A DNA stretch of 64,000 nucleotides, from assembly GCA_035626435.1 (NCBI GenBank), contig DASPNQ010000075.1, forward strand, positions 124-64,123, in the 5' to 3' direction. This DNA comes from Vicinamibacterales bacterium (GTDB lineage: Bacteria > Acidobacteriota > Vicinamibacteria > Vicinamibacterales > UBA2999). Below the pieces are notes generated by a model. It worked only from the letters and a program-made list of their open reading frames with translations. It did no database searches and was not told the origin of the DNA. Made by a program: the position numbers and the translations under genes. Positions 55,202 to 62,993 of the stretch are shown piece after piece; positions within the stretch are counted from its first letter, which is position 1; the number at the start of each line of letters is the position of its first letter.

Positions 55202-55682
55202 AGAAGCCGATCCACCGGCCGGCAGCGGCCACGGTCACCCACGTCGCAATCGACAACGCGCCGACCAGCATCTGGAGGCGCGTTGTGTTGCGTACAGGCG
55301 GGTCGGCGGGCGGCCGCGACGTGATTCGCGCGCGGATGGTGAAGGCGAACAGCAGCGCGATCGCGAGGCCGTTCATCTTCACCCAGAACGACGGACTGTA
55401 ATAGCACTTGATCGGCTCCGACAAAAACAGCGGGATGCCGGTCGCGATCAGGCCGGCCAGCGCGCCGATCATCCACGGCCGGGCGTCGCGCGCCAGGTGC
55501 GCGACGCTGTAATTCTTCAGCCCGAGGCCGAGCAGGCGCAGGTCGACCACCAGGATCGCGCCGCCGAGCACCGACAGCGCCAGCAGGTGCACCGCCTCGA
55601 TCACCGGAAACAGCCACAGCGAGCCGACCACCGCCTGGCCGAGCCACAGCGTTTCACACCATTGAAAAAAGGGCAGCAGCAT
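55197..55682 (-). CDS. Integral membrane protein of unknown function (membrane paralog 2)
   Basis: About 4 TM segments. Blocks FPVIEAVHLLALSVLGGAILVVDLRLLG and GRWIGF parallel the upstream gene. Confidence 0.55.
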   Translation of the reverse strand: MLLPFFQWCETLWLGQAVVGSLWLFPVIEAVHLLALSVLGGAILVVDLRLLGLGLKNYSVAHLARDARPWMIGALAGLIATGIPLFLSEPIKCYYSPSFWVKMNGLAIALLFAFTIRARITSRPPADPPVRNTTRLQMLVGALSIATWVTVAAAGRWIGFS

Positions 55683-55690
55683 CGCGTCCT

Positions 55691-56251
55691 CTAGTGCGGC
55701 GGCACGACGCAGCCGGCGAACCAGTTCACGAACTGCGGCTGCGGCTGAATGTCGCAGTCGAACCAGTTATAGGCGATGAAGCGGCCGAACACGATGATCA
55801 GCGCCCACAGCACCAGTGACGCGAGCCCGGCGCGCCGTACGGCCCACGGCAGGCGCGCGTCGCGGTCCCAGGTCGCGGCGTGCGGCAACACCCGCGCATG
55901 GAAGTACCAGATGTTGAGCATCGCGAGGACCAAGAAGATCAGCTTGCCGCGAAACCACACGCTTTGATACGTGCGCACCGGAATCGCGTAAAACAATGCG
56001 ACGCCGGTGACGATCATGACTGCGAACCCGGCGCGGACCCACGGCAGGACGCGATCGGCCATTTCCGTAACCGGCACCGCGGTCAGCAGCAGTCCCAGCA
56101 ACCGCAGATCCCACACGACGGTCATGCCGACGAACAGCAGCAGGAACAACACGTGCGTGGACTCGACGAGCGGGTACATGAACAGCGACTCGCGGAGCGC
56201 GGTGCTGCCATCCGTGGCGGCAAGCCATTCGCAGAAAGCGAGGAGCGACAC
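55691..56251 (-). CDS. Integral membrane protein of unknown function (membrane paralog 1)
   Basis: About 4 TM segments. YPLVESTHVLFLLLFVGMTVVWDLRLLG and GRFIAYNWF. The gap to the downstream paralog is 8 bp. Confidence 0.55.
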   Translation of the reverse strand: MSLLAFCEWLAATDGSTALRESLFMYPLVESTHVLFLLLFVGMTVVWDLRLLGLLLTAVPVTEMADRVLPWVRAGFAVMIVTGVALFYAIPVRTYQSVWFRGKLIFLVLAMLNIWYFHARVLPHAATWDRDARLPWAVRRAGLASLVLWALIIVFGRFIAYNWFDCDIQPQPQFVNWFAGCVVPPH

Positions 56252-56252
56252 G

Positions 56253-56714
56253 CTATTGGACCGAGGTGATGGCAGGGTCGAACCGCTTGTGGCAGTTCAC
56301 GCAGGAGTCGTAGAGGTCGGCGCCGGTGTCGAAGACGCCGTTCTTGTCCCGCGCTTCGGTGGCCTTGATGACGCGCCGGGCCTGTTCCATCATCGCCGCC
56401 GCGAGCTTGACCCATTCGTCGTTGCCCGACGAGCGCTGCGGCAGCATCAACGAATTACCCGCTTCCGCAATCGTGACCGCCGCGGCCCGCACTGCATCCC
56501 ACTCTTCATCAGAGCCGGGCACCCGCTCGAAGCTACCCTCCGCGGTGATGATCGTGCCGACCGACTCCCAGACGACGTCGGCATTGCGATCGAGGACGTT
56601 CGCCATCAGATCTTTCATCGTCACCGTAGTGTCGAACGGCGGCATGGCCGGCGCGGGCGGCCGCGAACACCCGGCGGCACACAGCAGCAACGCGATCGCT
56701 ACGAGACGCCCCAT
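56253..56714 (-). CDS. Lipoprotein with C-terminal CxxCH (class II / cytochrome c'-like)
   Basis: The internal ATG at 56714 gives MGRLVAIALLLCAAGC (lipobox). Helical body, with CVNCH about 12 residues from the C-terminus. The track ORF start at 56894 would overlap the kinase gene. Confidence 0.5.
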   Translation of the reverse strand: MGRLVAIALLLCAAGCSRPPAPAMPPFDTTVTMKDLMANVLDRNADVVWESVGTIITAEGSFERVPGSDEEWDAVRAAAVTIAEAGNSLMLPQRSSGNDEWVKLAAAMMEQARRVIKATEARDKNGVFDTGADLYDSCVNCHKRFDPAITSVQ

Positions 56715-56730
56715 GGCGGGCCATCTTAAC

Positions 56731-58122
56731 TCATGCCTGCAGAACAGGGAGGTCGGTGGCGGGCGGGCCGGGCCTTGCGATCGTCCACGGCACCGGGCCG
56801 ACATCCGGCACGGTTCGCTCGTAGGCGCCGATCCATTCCTTCGCGAAACGCTCCGCCTCGGTGGCTGGCACTGCGGCCCACACACTGCCGCCAAAGCCCG
56901 CGCCGAAACTGCTTGCCGCGAACGCGCCGAGCTCGCGCGCGAGCCGCGCCATCAAAATGGTCTGGGGAATCTGGTTGCCAAGCAGCTCCGCGGCTTCGCG
57001 CTGGGATGCGTCGGACAGCCGGCCGAGCGCATCGCGATCGCCGTCGCGGAACGCGGCCAGCGCCATCGGCGCGCGCGCCGTTTCACGAATGAAGTGATCG
57101 AGGCGCCGCTGCAGGTCTTCGGCCGTGAACGCGCCATCCGGTGTCGCCGTCAACCAGGAGCGCAGCTGCTCTGCGGCATCCGGCGTGCGCTGGAGGGCGT
57201 CCGCGAGGGACGGCGCCGGCTCGGGTGCATGTTCGTTCCAGATCCGGTGCAGCGCGCGCACGCCGTTCGAGGCGCGGTTGTAGCGGTCCATGACCGACCC
57301 CGCCTTGTCGGCTTGAACGCCGCTTCCGGCGAGCACGAAGATCCAGTCACCTGGCATCCGCGTCTCGGCGAGCGGCGTCACGGGAACAAAGCGATAGAGG
57401 CTCACGTGGTCTGTCTTGCAGGCGAGAATCGCCGTGTGATCCTCGCTGCCGCCGTGCGTGCCCACACCGGCCGACCCGGGCAGGCCGGGAAAATCGAGAC
57501 CGTTCTCGACGCAGCCGAGGTACCACGCCAGGTCCTGAATGCGGCGCAGATGCCGCTGCCATTCATCGCGCTCGCGCAGCCGTGCGCGATCGATGAGCGC
57601 CAACGCGACACCGACGACCAGCGCGCTCGAGCTGCTCAAGCCCGATGCACGGGGCAGGTCGCTGGCGATCGCGATGTTGGCGCCCAGCTCGCAACCGGGA
57701 AAATTGAGAAAGAAGCGATGGGCGACGACGTGGACGTAGCGTTGCAGGCCGCGATAATGCGCCGGCGCTTCCGTCGATGGATCGACTTCGATGACCTGTC
57801 CATCGAAGACATCACCGACCCGCACCACTCCGTCGTCGCGGCGGCGCGCCTCCAGCGCGATGCCACGGGGAACGGCCGCGAGCAAGGAATGACCTCCGGC
57901 GTAGTCGGTGTGCTTGCCGAAGATCTCGATGCGTCCCGGCGTAAAGCGCCGCCACTGCGCGGCGCCCTCGAGAATCGGCGCCGAGCGTGATTCGAGCTGC
58001 TCGAACAAGGCCGCCCGTGACGCCGCATCCGCCGGCGCCATGCCCAGCGCGACGAAGTGGCTGGCGATCTGATCGAAGCGGTCGTGATTCATCTCGGCCT
58101 GCCGGCCGCCGGCGGCGTTCAT
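56731..58122 (-). CDS. Galactokinase-family GHMP sugar kinase
   Basis: Galactokinase signature GRIEIFGKHTDYAGG and GHMP motif LPRASGLSSSSALVVG. ATGA overlap with the upstream gene. Confidence 0.7.
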   Translation of the reverse strand: MNAAGGRQAEMNHDRFDQIASHFVALGMAPADAASRAALFEQLESRSAPILEGAAQWRRFTPGRIEIFGKHTDYAGGHSLLAAVPRGIALEARRRDDGVVRVGDVFDGQVIEVDPSTEAPAHYRGLQRYVHVVAHRFFLNFPGCELGANIAIASDLPRASGLSSSSALVVGVALALIDRARLRERDEWQRHLRRIQDLAWYLGCVENGLDFPGLPGSAGVGTHGGSEDHTAILACKTDHVSLYRFVPVTPLAETRMPGDWIFVLAGSGVQADKAGSVMDRYNRASNGVRALHRIWNEHAPEPAPSLADALQRTPDAAEQLRSWLTATPDGAFTAEDLQRRLDHFIRETARAPMALAAFRDGDRDALGRLSDASQREAAELLGNQIPQTILMARLARELGAFAASSFGAGFGGSVWAAVPATEAERFAKEWIGAYERTVPDVGPVPWTIARPGPPATDLPVLQA

Positions 58123-58934
58123 GGGTTCGCCTCCACGCCGCTCAGTCGCCGGCTCACCATCTCGACGTCGCTGCGCCGAGATAGATCGAGCACCGGCCCC
58201 GCGGCGCGGAAGGTCTTGAACTTGACGCCGGTAGATACCGCGAGCCCGACCGCTTCCGGCAGCTCGTATTCCCCGCGCGCCGAGAGCGGCACGTCACGGC
58301 AGGCGTCGAAAATGCGCTCGTCGAAGCGCCACACGTTCATGCTGATCAACGCACCGGGTCCAGCCGCGTCGTAATACGCCGCTCCGGGTTTCTCGACAAT
58401 GCGAGTCAGATAGCCGTGGGCGTCGACCTCGATCGCCGCGAAGGCCGCCACGCGCTCAGGCGGGAAGCCGCTCTCCTGGACCAGCGATTCACGCTGATAG
58501 GCGGGGAGGCCTGGCTCGCCCAAATCGACGAGCGCTCGCAGTACTGGTGCCGGATACAGATTGTCTGAATTGAGTACGAGAAACGGATCGCGTCCGGCGT
58601 AGGGTTGCGCGCTCATCACCGCGCGTGCCGTGCCGTCGGCGGTCGGCTGCACCGCGAATGCGATGTGAAGACGCCGCGGCCGTCCTTCGCCTTCGTAGTG
58701 GCGGCGGATGACGTCGTGATCGGGAGCGACGACAAAACACACGCTCGTGCAACCGGCGTCAGCGAGCGCGCTCAGCACGTAATCGAGAAACGGCCGCGTC
58801 GCGTGCCCGCCGACTGGCATCATCCCTTTCGCGCCGGCGGCCGCCGCAGCCGCCTGATCGGGTGTCAGCGACGCCGGCTCACCGTCCTGCTTCATGCGAC
58901 TGCCAAGTCCGCGTGCGAGAAGGACCGCCTTCAT
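58119..58934 (-). CDS. Sugar-phosphate nucleotidyltransferase
   Basis: N-terminal MKAVLLARGLGSRM (GxGxR) nucleotidyltransferase motif. 271 aa. Confidence 0.65.
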   Translation of the reverse strand: MKAVLLARGLGSRMKQDGEPASLTPDQAAAAAAGAKGMMPVGGHATRPFLDYVLSALADAGCTSVCFVVAPDHDVIRRHYEGEGRPRRLHIAFAVQPTADGTARAVMSAQPYAGRDPFLVLNSDNLYPAPVLRALVDLGEPGLPAYQRESLVQESGFPPERVAAFAAIEVDAHGYLTRIVEKPGAAYYDAAGPGALISMNVWRFDERIFDACRDVPLSARGEYELPEAVGLAVSTGVKFKTFRAAGPVLDLSRRSDVEMVSRRLSGVEANP

Positions 58935-58973
58935 GAATCAATGCTACAGTGCTCCGCAAAAAAGAGGCGCATC

Positions 58974-60047
58974 ATGAATCGATTACGTTTGACCGCCGGG
59001 CTGGTGACGGCTGTGCTCGTGGCGGCTACGGCCGCGCAAACTCCGCTGCCGCCACCTCGGCCGCAGAACCAGACGCCCGCCAGCGCCGACCCGTACGCGA
59101 ACAATCCGGATGCGGGCAGGACGCCATTTCCGCTCGCCGCACCGGCCGGCCGCGACAGTGGCGCGAAGCAGACGGCGCCACCGGGCGCGATCAATCAGGG
59201 CGCGTTCGATCCGGCAACGTGGAAATACGGGCCAGCCTTCAATGCTCCTGCCGGCGCCAAGATCTGGAATCCGGTCAAGCTCAAGTTGCAGCAGGGCGGC
59301 AAGGTCACCGGTGGCACGCTGTTCTCGGCGACCGACCCGTCGACGTATTGCGCGATGGCCGCAGCAGGATACGACTTCATCTGGACCGAGATGCAGCACG
59401 GCCAGACCGATTGGAATCAGGCGGCGCGGATGTGGCGCACCTGCCCGTGGTCGAAGGCGGTTCCTGGCGTCCGCGTCGCGTACGCCGACGAGCGTGAAAT
59501 TCAACACGCGCTCGATGCCGGCGCGCTGGTGGTGGTGGTGCCGACCGTCGACACCGTCGAGGAAGCGATCGCCGCGCGCAATTGGACGTATTTCCCGCCG
59601 CTCGGACGCCGCAGCAGCGGCGGCGGCCCGGCGTTCGACGCCGCGATGTGGGGCGGCGTGCCCGGGGGCTATCGCGCCACCGCCAACGACAACATCGTCC
59701 TGATCCTGATGATCGAAACGCTGGAAGGCCTGAAAAACGCGGACGCCATCGCCAAGGTGCCTGGCGTCAGTGCGTTATTTGCGGCCAGCGGGGATCTCGG
59801 CAACTTCACCGGCTATCGGCAGGGCTCACCGGATTACGAACGCGCGATCAACATCGTGCATGACGCCGCCGTCAACGCCGGCGTGAAACTCTGCGGGCCA
59901 TTCGCGTGGCGCGATCGACCGGACTTCACCTGCTTTCAGGCCGGCAGCGAGACCGCGGCGATTGCGCGTGGGGTGGCCGCTGAGCTTGGCAGCCTCGCGA
60001 ATACACAGGGTCAACCCGAGGTCGGCCCGTTTGCAAGACGGCAGTAA
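58974..60047 (+). CDS. HpcH/HpaI-family aldolase with N-terminal signal peptide and Pro-rich extension
   Basis: The ATG at 58974 is preceded by AAGAGG. MNRLRLTAGLVTAVLVAATAAQ, then a Pro/Ala-rich region of about 80 aa. Family blocks follow: AMAAAGYDFIWTEMQHG, VVVPTVDTVEEA, LILMIETLEGLKNADAIAKVPGVSALF. Confidence 0.7.
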   Translation: MNRLRLTAGLVTAVLVAATAAQTPLPPPRPQNQTPASADPYANNPDAGRTPFPLAAPAGRDSGAKQTAPPGAINQGAFDPATWKYGPAFNAPAGAKIWNPVKLKLQQGGKVTGGTLFSATDPSTYCAMAAAGYDFIWTEMQHGQTDWNQAARMWRTCPWSKAVPGVRVAYADEREIQHALDAGALVVVVPTVDTVEEAIAARNWTYFPPLGRRSSGGGPAFDAAMWGGVPGGYRATANDNIVLILMIETLEGLKNADAIAKVPGVSALFAASGDLGNFTGYRQGSPDYERAINIVHDAAVNAGVKLCGPFAWRDRPDFTCFQAGSETAAIARGVAAELGSLANTQGQPEVGPFARRQ

Positions 60048-60060
60048 AAAAGACGGGATA

Positions 60061-60103
60061 GGGTCAGACACCACTCTCCCCCGAAGTTTGTGGTGTCTGA
60101 CCC
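60061..60103. terminator. Bidirectional hairpin between convergent genes
   Basis: Perfect 14-bp stem GGGTCAGACACCAC (60061-60074) with GTGGTGTCTGACCC (60090-60103). The loop is 15 nt. Confidence 0.65.
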
Positions 60104-60113
60104 GGGAAAACAC

Positions 60114-60368
60114 CTAGCTGATGCTGCGCCGGCGGTTCTGGTTGCCGTCGCCGCGCAGGTCGTCGTCGCGATCTTCGTCGTCCAACTCTTCCGAATCGTC
60201 GAGGTCAGAGCCCTGATCCTGGTGGGGTGAGCTTGCGCCACCCTGACCCTGATTCGTTCCGCCCACCGAGTCGCTGCGGCTTTCGCGCATCGAATCGCTG
60301 TTCGAGTCCTGGTAGCCCTCACCCTGATTCTGGTTACGATCGCGGTTCTGATCGTCGTTCTGTGACAT
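60114..60368 (-). CDS. Small highly hydrophilic, acidic protein (84 aa)
   Basis: The ATG at 60368 is preceded by GGAGG. MSQNDDQNRDRNQNQGEGYQDSNSDS...DDSEELDDEDRDDDLRGDGNQNRRRSIS, with no hydrophobic core. The long track ORF (to 61175) is an upstream extension overlapping the next gene. Confidence 0.5.
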   Translation of the reverse strand: MSQNDDQNRDRNQNQGEGYQDSNSDSMRESRSDSVGGTNQGQGGASSPHQDQGSDLDDSEELDDEDRDDDLRGDGNQNRRRSIS

Positions 60369-60526
60369 TAGGAGCCTCCACCGGCGAAGCAGCAATTCCG
60401 GGGCCATCACGGTCACGCCGAGCGCACTGGGAATCTTCGATAGACGAGCAGCGACGCGCCGCGATCGGTCGCCATCGAGATGAACAATGTCTGCGCGTGA
60501 GAGGGGTTTTCGCGAAAACGCCGCAC

Positions 60527-61267
60527 TTACCGGACCTGCACCGGCCACCAGAAACGCACGTCCTGGAACGCGCCGAAGTGCAGCTTTGGCGGGTGGGCGA
60601 CCGCGCGCACACCAGCTGCCGCAATCATCGAGTTGTGCTCGATCTGCGCCTCCGCGGGCTGCAGGTTCCACCGCGCGTGAAAAATATCTTCGCGCCAGAT
60701 CCGTGTGCCGTCGGAGGAATACAGCGAATAGCGCTCGGTCAAGAAGTGATCGAGCGTGCCTGGCGCGGCGACCTCGCCCGGTCCCGTCGCGCGATAAGTG
60801 GCCGCGAACGCTGCCGGCGGCCCGGCCACGGGCCACCGCTTGCTTTCGTAGGTGATCAGGCCGTCCGTCGACTTCGACATCCGCATCGTCGCGCGGTAGT
60901 AGGGCAGGTAGACGCCGACCCGCGCGCCAACGACCGCGAGCAGCGACGCGCAATCCAGGCTGAAGAACCAGATGCCCGGCCGGCCGTCGAGCGTCACGTA
61001 GGTGCGGACGTTGAGCTCTTCGAATTCGTTTGCCGTAGGTACCGGCGGTGTGCCGCGCACGCGCACGCCCGTCATGTAAAACGGAATCACGCTGATCCAC
61101 GCATGGCCGTCGAACGTCTCGATTTCGAGCGCGTCGGGAATCAGCGGCCGCAGATCCGAGATGGGGCAGCGCCAATGCGCGAACAACAGGTCATGCCAGC
61201 GCTGCACCATCACCCATGGTCCCGGTGGCGGCTCCGCGGGATGGCGGTCGGCGGGAATCATCGTCAT
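60527..61267 (-). CDS. DUF2071 (YqjF-like) protein
   Basis: WHDLLFAHWRCPISDLRPLIPDALEIETFDGHAWISVIPF is the typical DUF2071 N-terminus. The ATG at 61267 overlaps the upstream stop (ATGA). Confidence 0.7.
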   Translation of the reverse strand: MTMIPADRHPAEPPPGPWVMVQRWHDLLFAHWRCPISDLRPLIPDALEIETFDGHAWISVIPFYMTGVRVRGTPPVPTANEFEELNVRTYVTLDGRPGIWFFSLDCASLLAVVGARVGVYLPYYRATMRMSKSTDGLITYESKRWPVAGPPAAFAATYRATGPGEVAAPGTLDHFLTERYSLYSSDGTRIWREDIFHARWNLQPAEAQIEHNSMIAAAGVRAVAHPPKLHFGAFQDVRFWWPVQVR

Positions 61268-62076
61268 AACCATCCTCGTTGCCGGCGCCGCTCCGCCTCG
61301 CCAAGCCAGGCGGCAAACAGCGCCAGAGCAAACAACATCATCACGACGCCCGCGGGGATCCACATGATCAATCCGCCGAGCTGTTGATCGGCAACCGCGG
61401 CCTCGAGCGTCGCCGACCGCTGCGCGTAGACCTCGTACCACGGGCGTGTCGAGAAGGCGAGCAGCGCGCCGAGGCCGCCGCTATGTAGCGCGGTCGCGAA
61501 TACATAGATGACTGCCGCGCCGTAGCCAAACCGGCCGTAGCGGCCGCGGATCAGGCCCCACCAGAAAATCGCCGCGGTGCCCGCGAAGCAGATGTGTTGG
61601 ACGAGATGAATGCGCTCGTCGAGCACCGCGGCCTCGTACAGCACAGGAAGATGCCAACCCCACAGCGCAACGGCGTGGAGGAGAAACGCGACCGGCGGCG
61701 ACGCGAGTACGGCCAAACCGGCCGCAGCAGCGGACGCGCGCGATGCGGTCCGCCAGCGCCGCGGCAGCGCCCACAGCATCGGCACCAGTGGCCGGCCAAT
61801 CGCGATCAGAGGAGCGGCCACCAGCATCAGCAGCTCGTGCTGCGTCATGTGCACCGAGAACAACCATTCGGAGAACGTGGCAATGGGCGAGAGCAACGCT
61901 GCCGCGAGGGTCAGCCATCCGATCGTGAATGCGGTGATCTCCAAGCCGGGTGGGCGTCCACCGCGGCGCCACATGCGCGCGAGCCCCGCCGCGTAAAACG
62001 CACCCGATAAGGCCAGCAGCGCCATCGCCGCCACATCCGGTTTCCACGTCCACGCGTGTGGGTGCATATCAATCAC
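61264..62076 (-). CDS. ctaG: Cytochrome c oxidase assembly protein, CtaG (caa3-type) family
   Basis: 270-aa multi-TM protein with HMTQHELLMLVAAPL and HLVQH histidine motifs. It sits next to oxidase subunits. Confidence 0.6.
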   Translation of the reverse strand: MIDMHPHAWTWKPDVAAMALLALSGAFYAAGLARMWRRGGRPPGLEITAFTIGWLTLAAALLSPIATFSEWLFSVHMTQHELLMLVAAPLIAIGRPLVPMLWALPRRWRTASRASAAAAGLAVLASPPVAFLLHAVALWGWHLPVLYEAAVLDERIHLVQHICFAGTAAIFWWGLIRGRYGRFGYGAAVIYVFATALHSGGLGALLAFSTRPWYEVYAQRSATLEAAVADQQLGGLIMWIPAGVVMMLFALALFAAWLGEAERRRQRGWL

Positions 62077-62422
62077 ACGGATGCAGAATCATCAGCGGAA
62101 TCGCCGTCGCGACCATCGACACGATCATCAAGGCCGCCATGCCCAACCCGATCCAGCCGAGCAACGGCATCGGCGCGCGATCGCGGGCGAACCGTGCGCG
62201 CCCGCGGTTGACGACGGCGGTGACCGCGATGACCGCTGCCAGCGCCGTGACGATCGGCACAACCACCCAGCTGTTCGAACGATCGTCGCAGGCCTGATAG
62301 GCCAGCGTGTAACCCGTCTGCAGTGCCGCCAGCCAGATCAATGGTGTTCCGACGATGCCGGCAAACACGAGCGCGAGCCGCCCGCGATCAAACGAGCCGT
62401 GGCGCGAGGTAGATGACGGCAT
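62069..62422 (-). CDS. Small membrane protein associated with the oxidase cluster
   Basis: 3 predicted TM segments. The start is uncertain: the ATG at 62422 overlaps the subunit III end by 35 nt. Confidence 0.4.
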   Translation of the reverse strand: MPSSTSRHGSFDRGRLALVFAGIVGTPLIWLAALQTGYTLAYQACDDRSNSWVVVPIVTALAAVIAVTAVVNRGRARFARDRAPMPLLGWIGLGMAALMIVSMVATAIPLMILHPCD

Positions 62423-62993
62423 AAATCGGCAGCCACGAAAACACGACAAAGTAGTAATAGGCGGCATTCTCGCTCGCATCGACAAAACGATGCGCATCCA
62501 GCGGACCCGTAAAGAAAATCGCCGCGATCACGGCGGTGTCGACGACGTCGGTGATGACGTGCGCCGTATGCGCGCCGAGCAGCATCCACACGATCGAGCC
62601 GTAGGCGTTGGTGTCCCACCAGCAGTTCAGCGTGGTGAATTCGAAGGCGCGCAGCACCAGAAACGCGATGGCGAAGCCGAGGCTCACCGCGATCCACAGG
62701 CGTGTCCGACCGACATCGAGTTGTTCCGCGGCCTTTTTCGTGAGGTGGTTCGGAATGCAGCTCGCGAGCACGACGATCGTCGTGAGCGTGCCCCACATCA
62801 GATCAGGCGGGGCAACGCCGGGCGGCCATTCCGGGACGCGCCACTTCAAATAGATGTAGGCCGCGATCATCAGGGCGAACGCGGTCCCCTCGATCGCGAT
62901 CAATCCCAGCGTCGCCCACCACAGGATGCTGCGGTGGCCGAACGCGAAGCTGGGCAAGCGCGACACGTCGACGACCGGTACCGTCGCGCTCAT
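62388..62993 (-). CDS. ctaE: Heme-copper oxidase subunit III (short, about 5-TM form)
   Basis: 201 aa. LLGAHTAHVITDVV corresponds to the subunit III FHGxHV region. ATGA overlap with the subunit I stop. Confidence 0.6.
   Translation of the reverse strand: MSATVPVVDVSRLPSFAFGHRSILWWATLGLIAIEGTAFALMIAAYIYLKWRVPEWPPGVAPPDLMWGTLTTIVVLASCIPNHLTKKAAEQLDVGRTRLWIAVSLGFAIAFLVLRAFEFTTLNCWWDTNAYGSIVWMLLGAHTAHVITDVVDTAVIAAIFFTGPLDAHRFVDASENAAYYYFVVFSWLPIYAVIYLAPRLV

Noticed and set aside
56326-57990. 554-aa plus-strand ORF opposite the cytochrome lipoprotein and GHMP kinase genes.
   Set aside because: It lies antisense to genes with clear family motifs (GLSSSSA, CxxCH lipoprotein). Shadow ORF.
60369-61175. 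Long form (353 aa) of the minus-strand ORF ending at 60114.
   Set aside because: The upstream 269 codons overlap the DUF2071 gene in another frame and are Arg-rich shadow sequence. Only the last 84 codons have their own SD and a distinctive composition.
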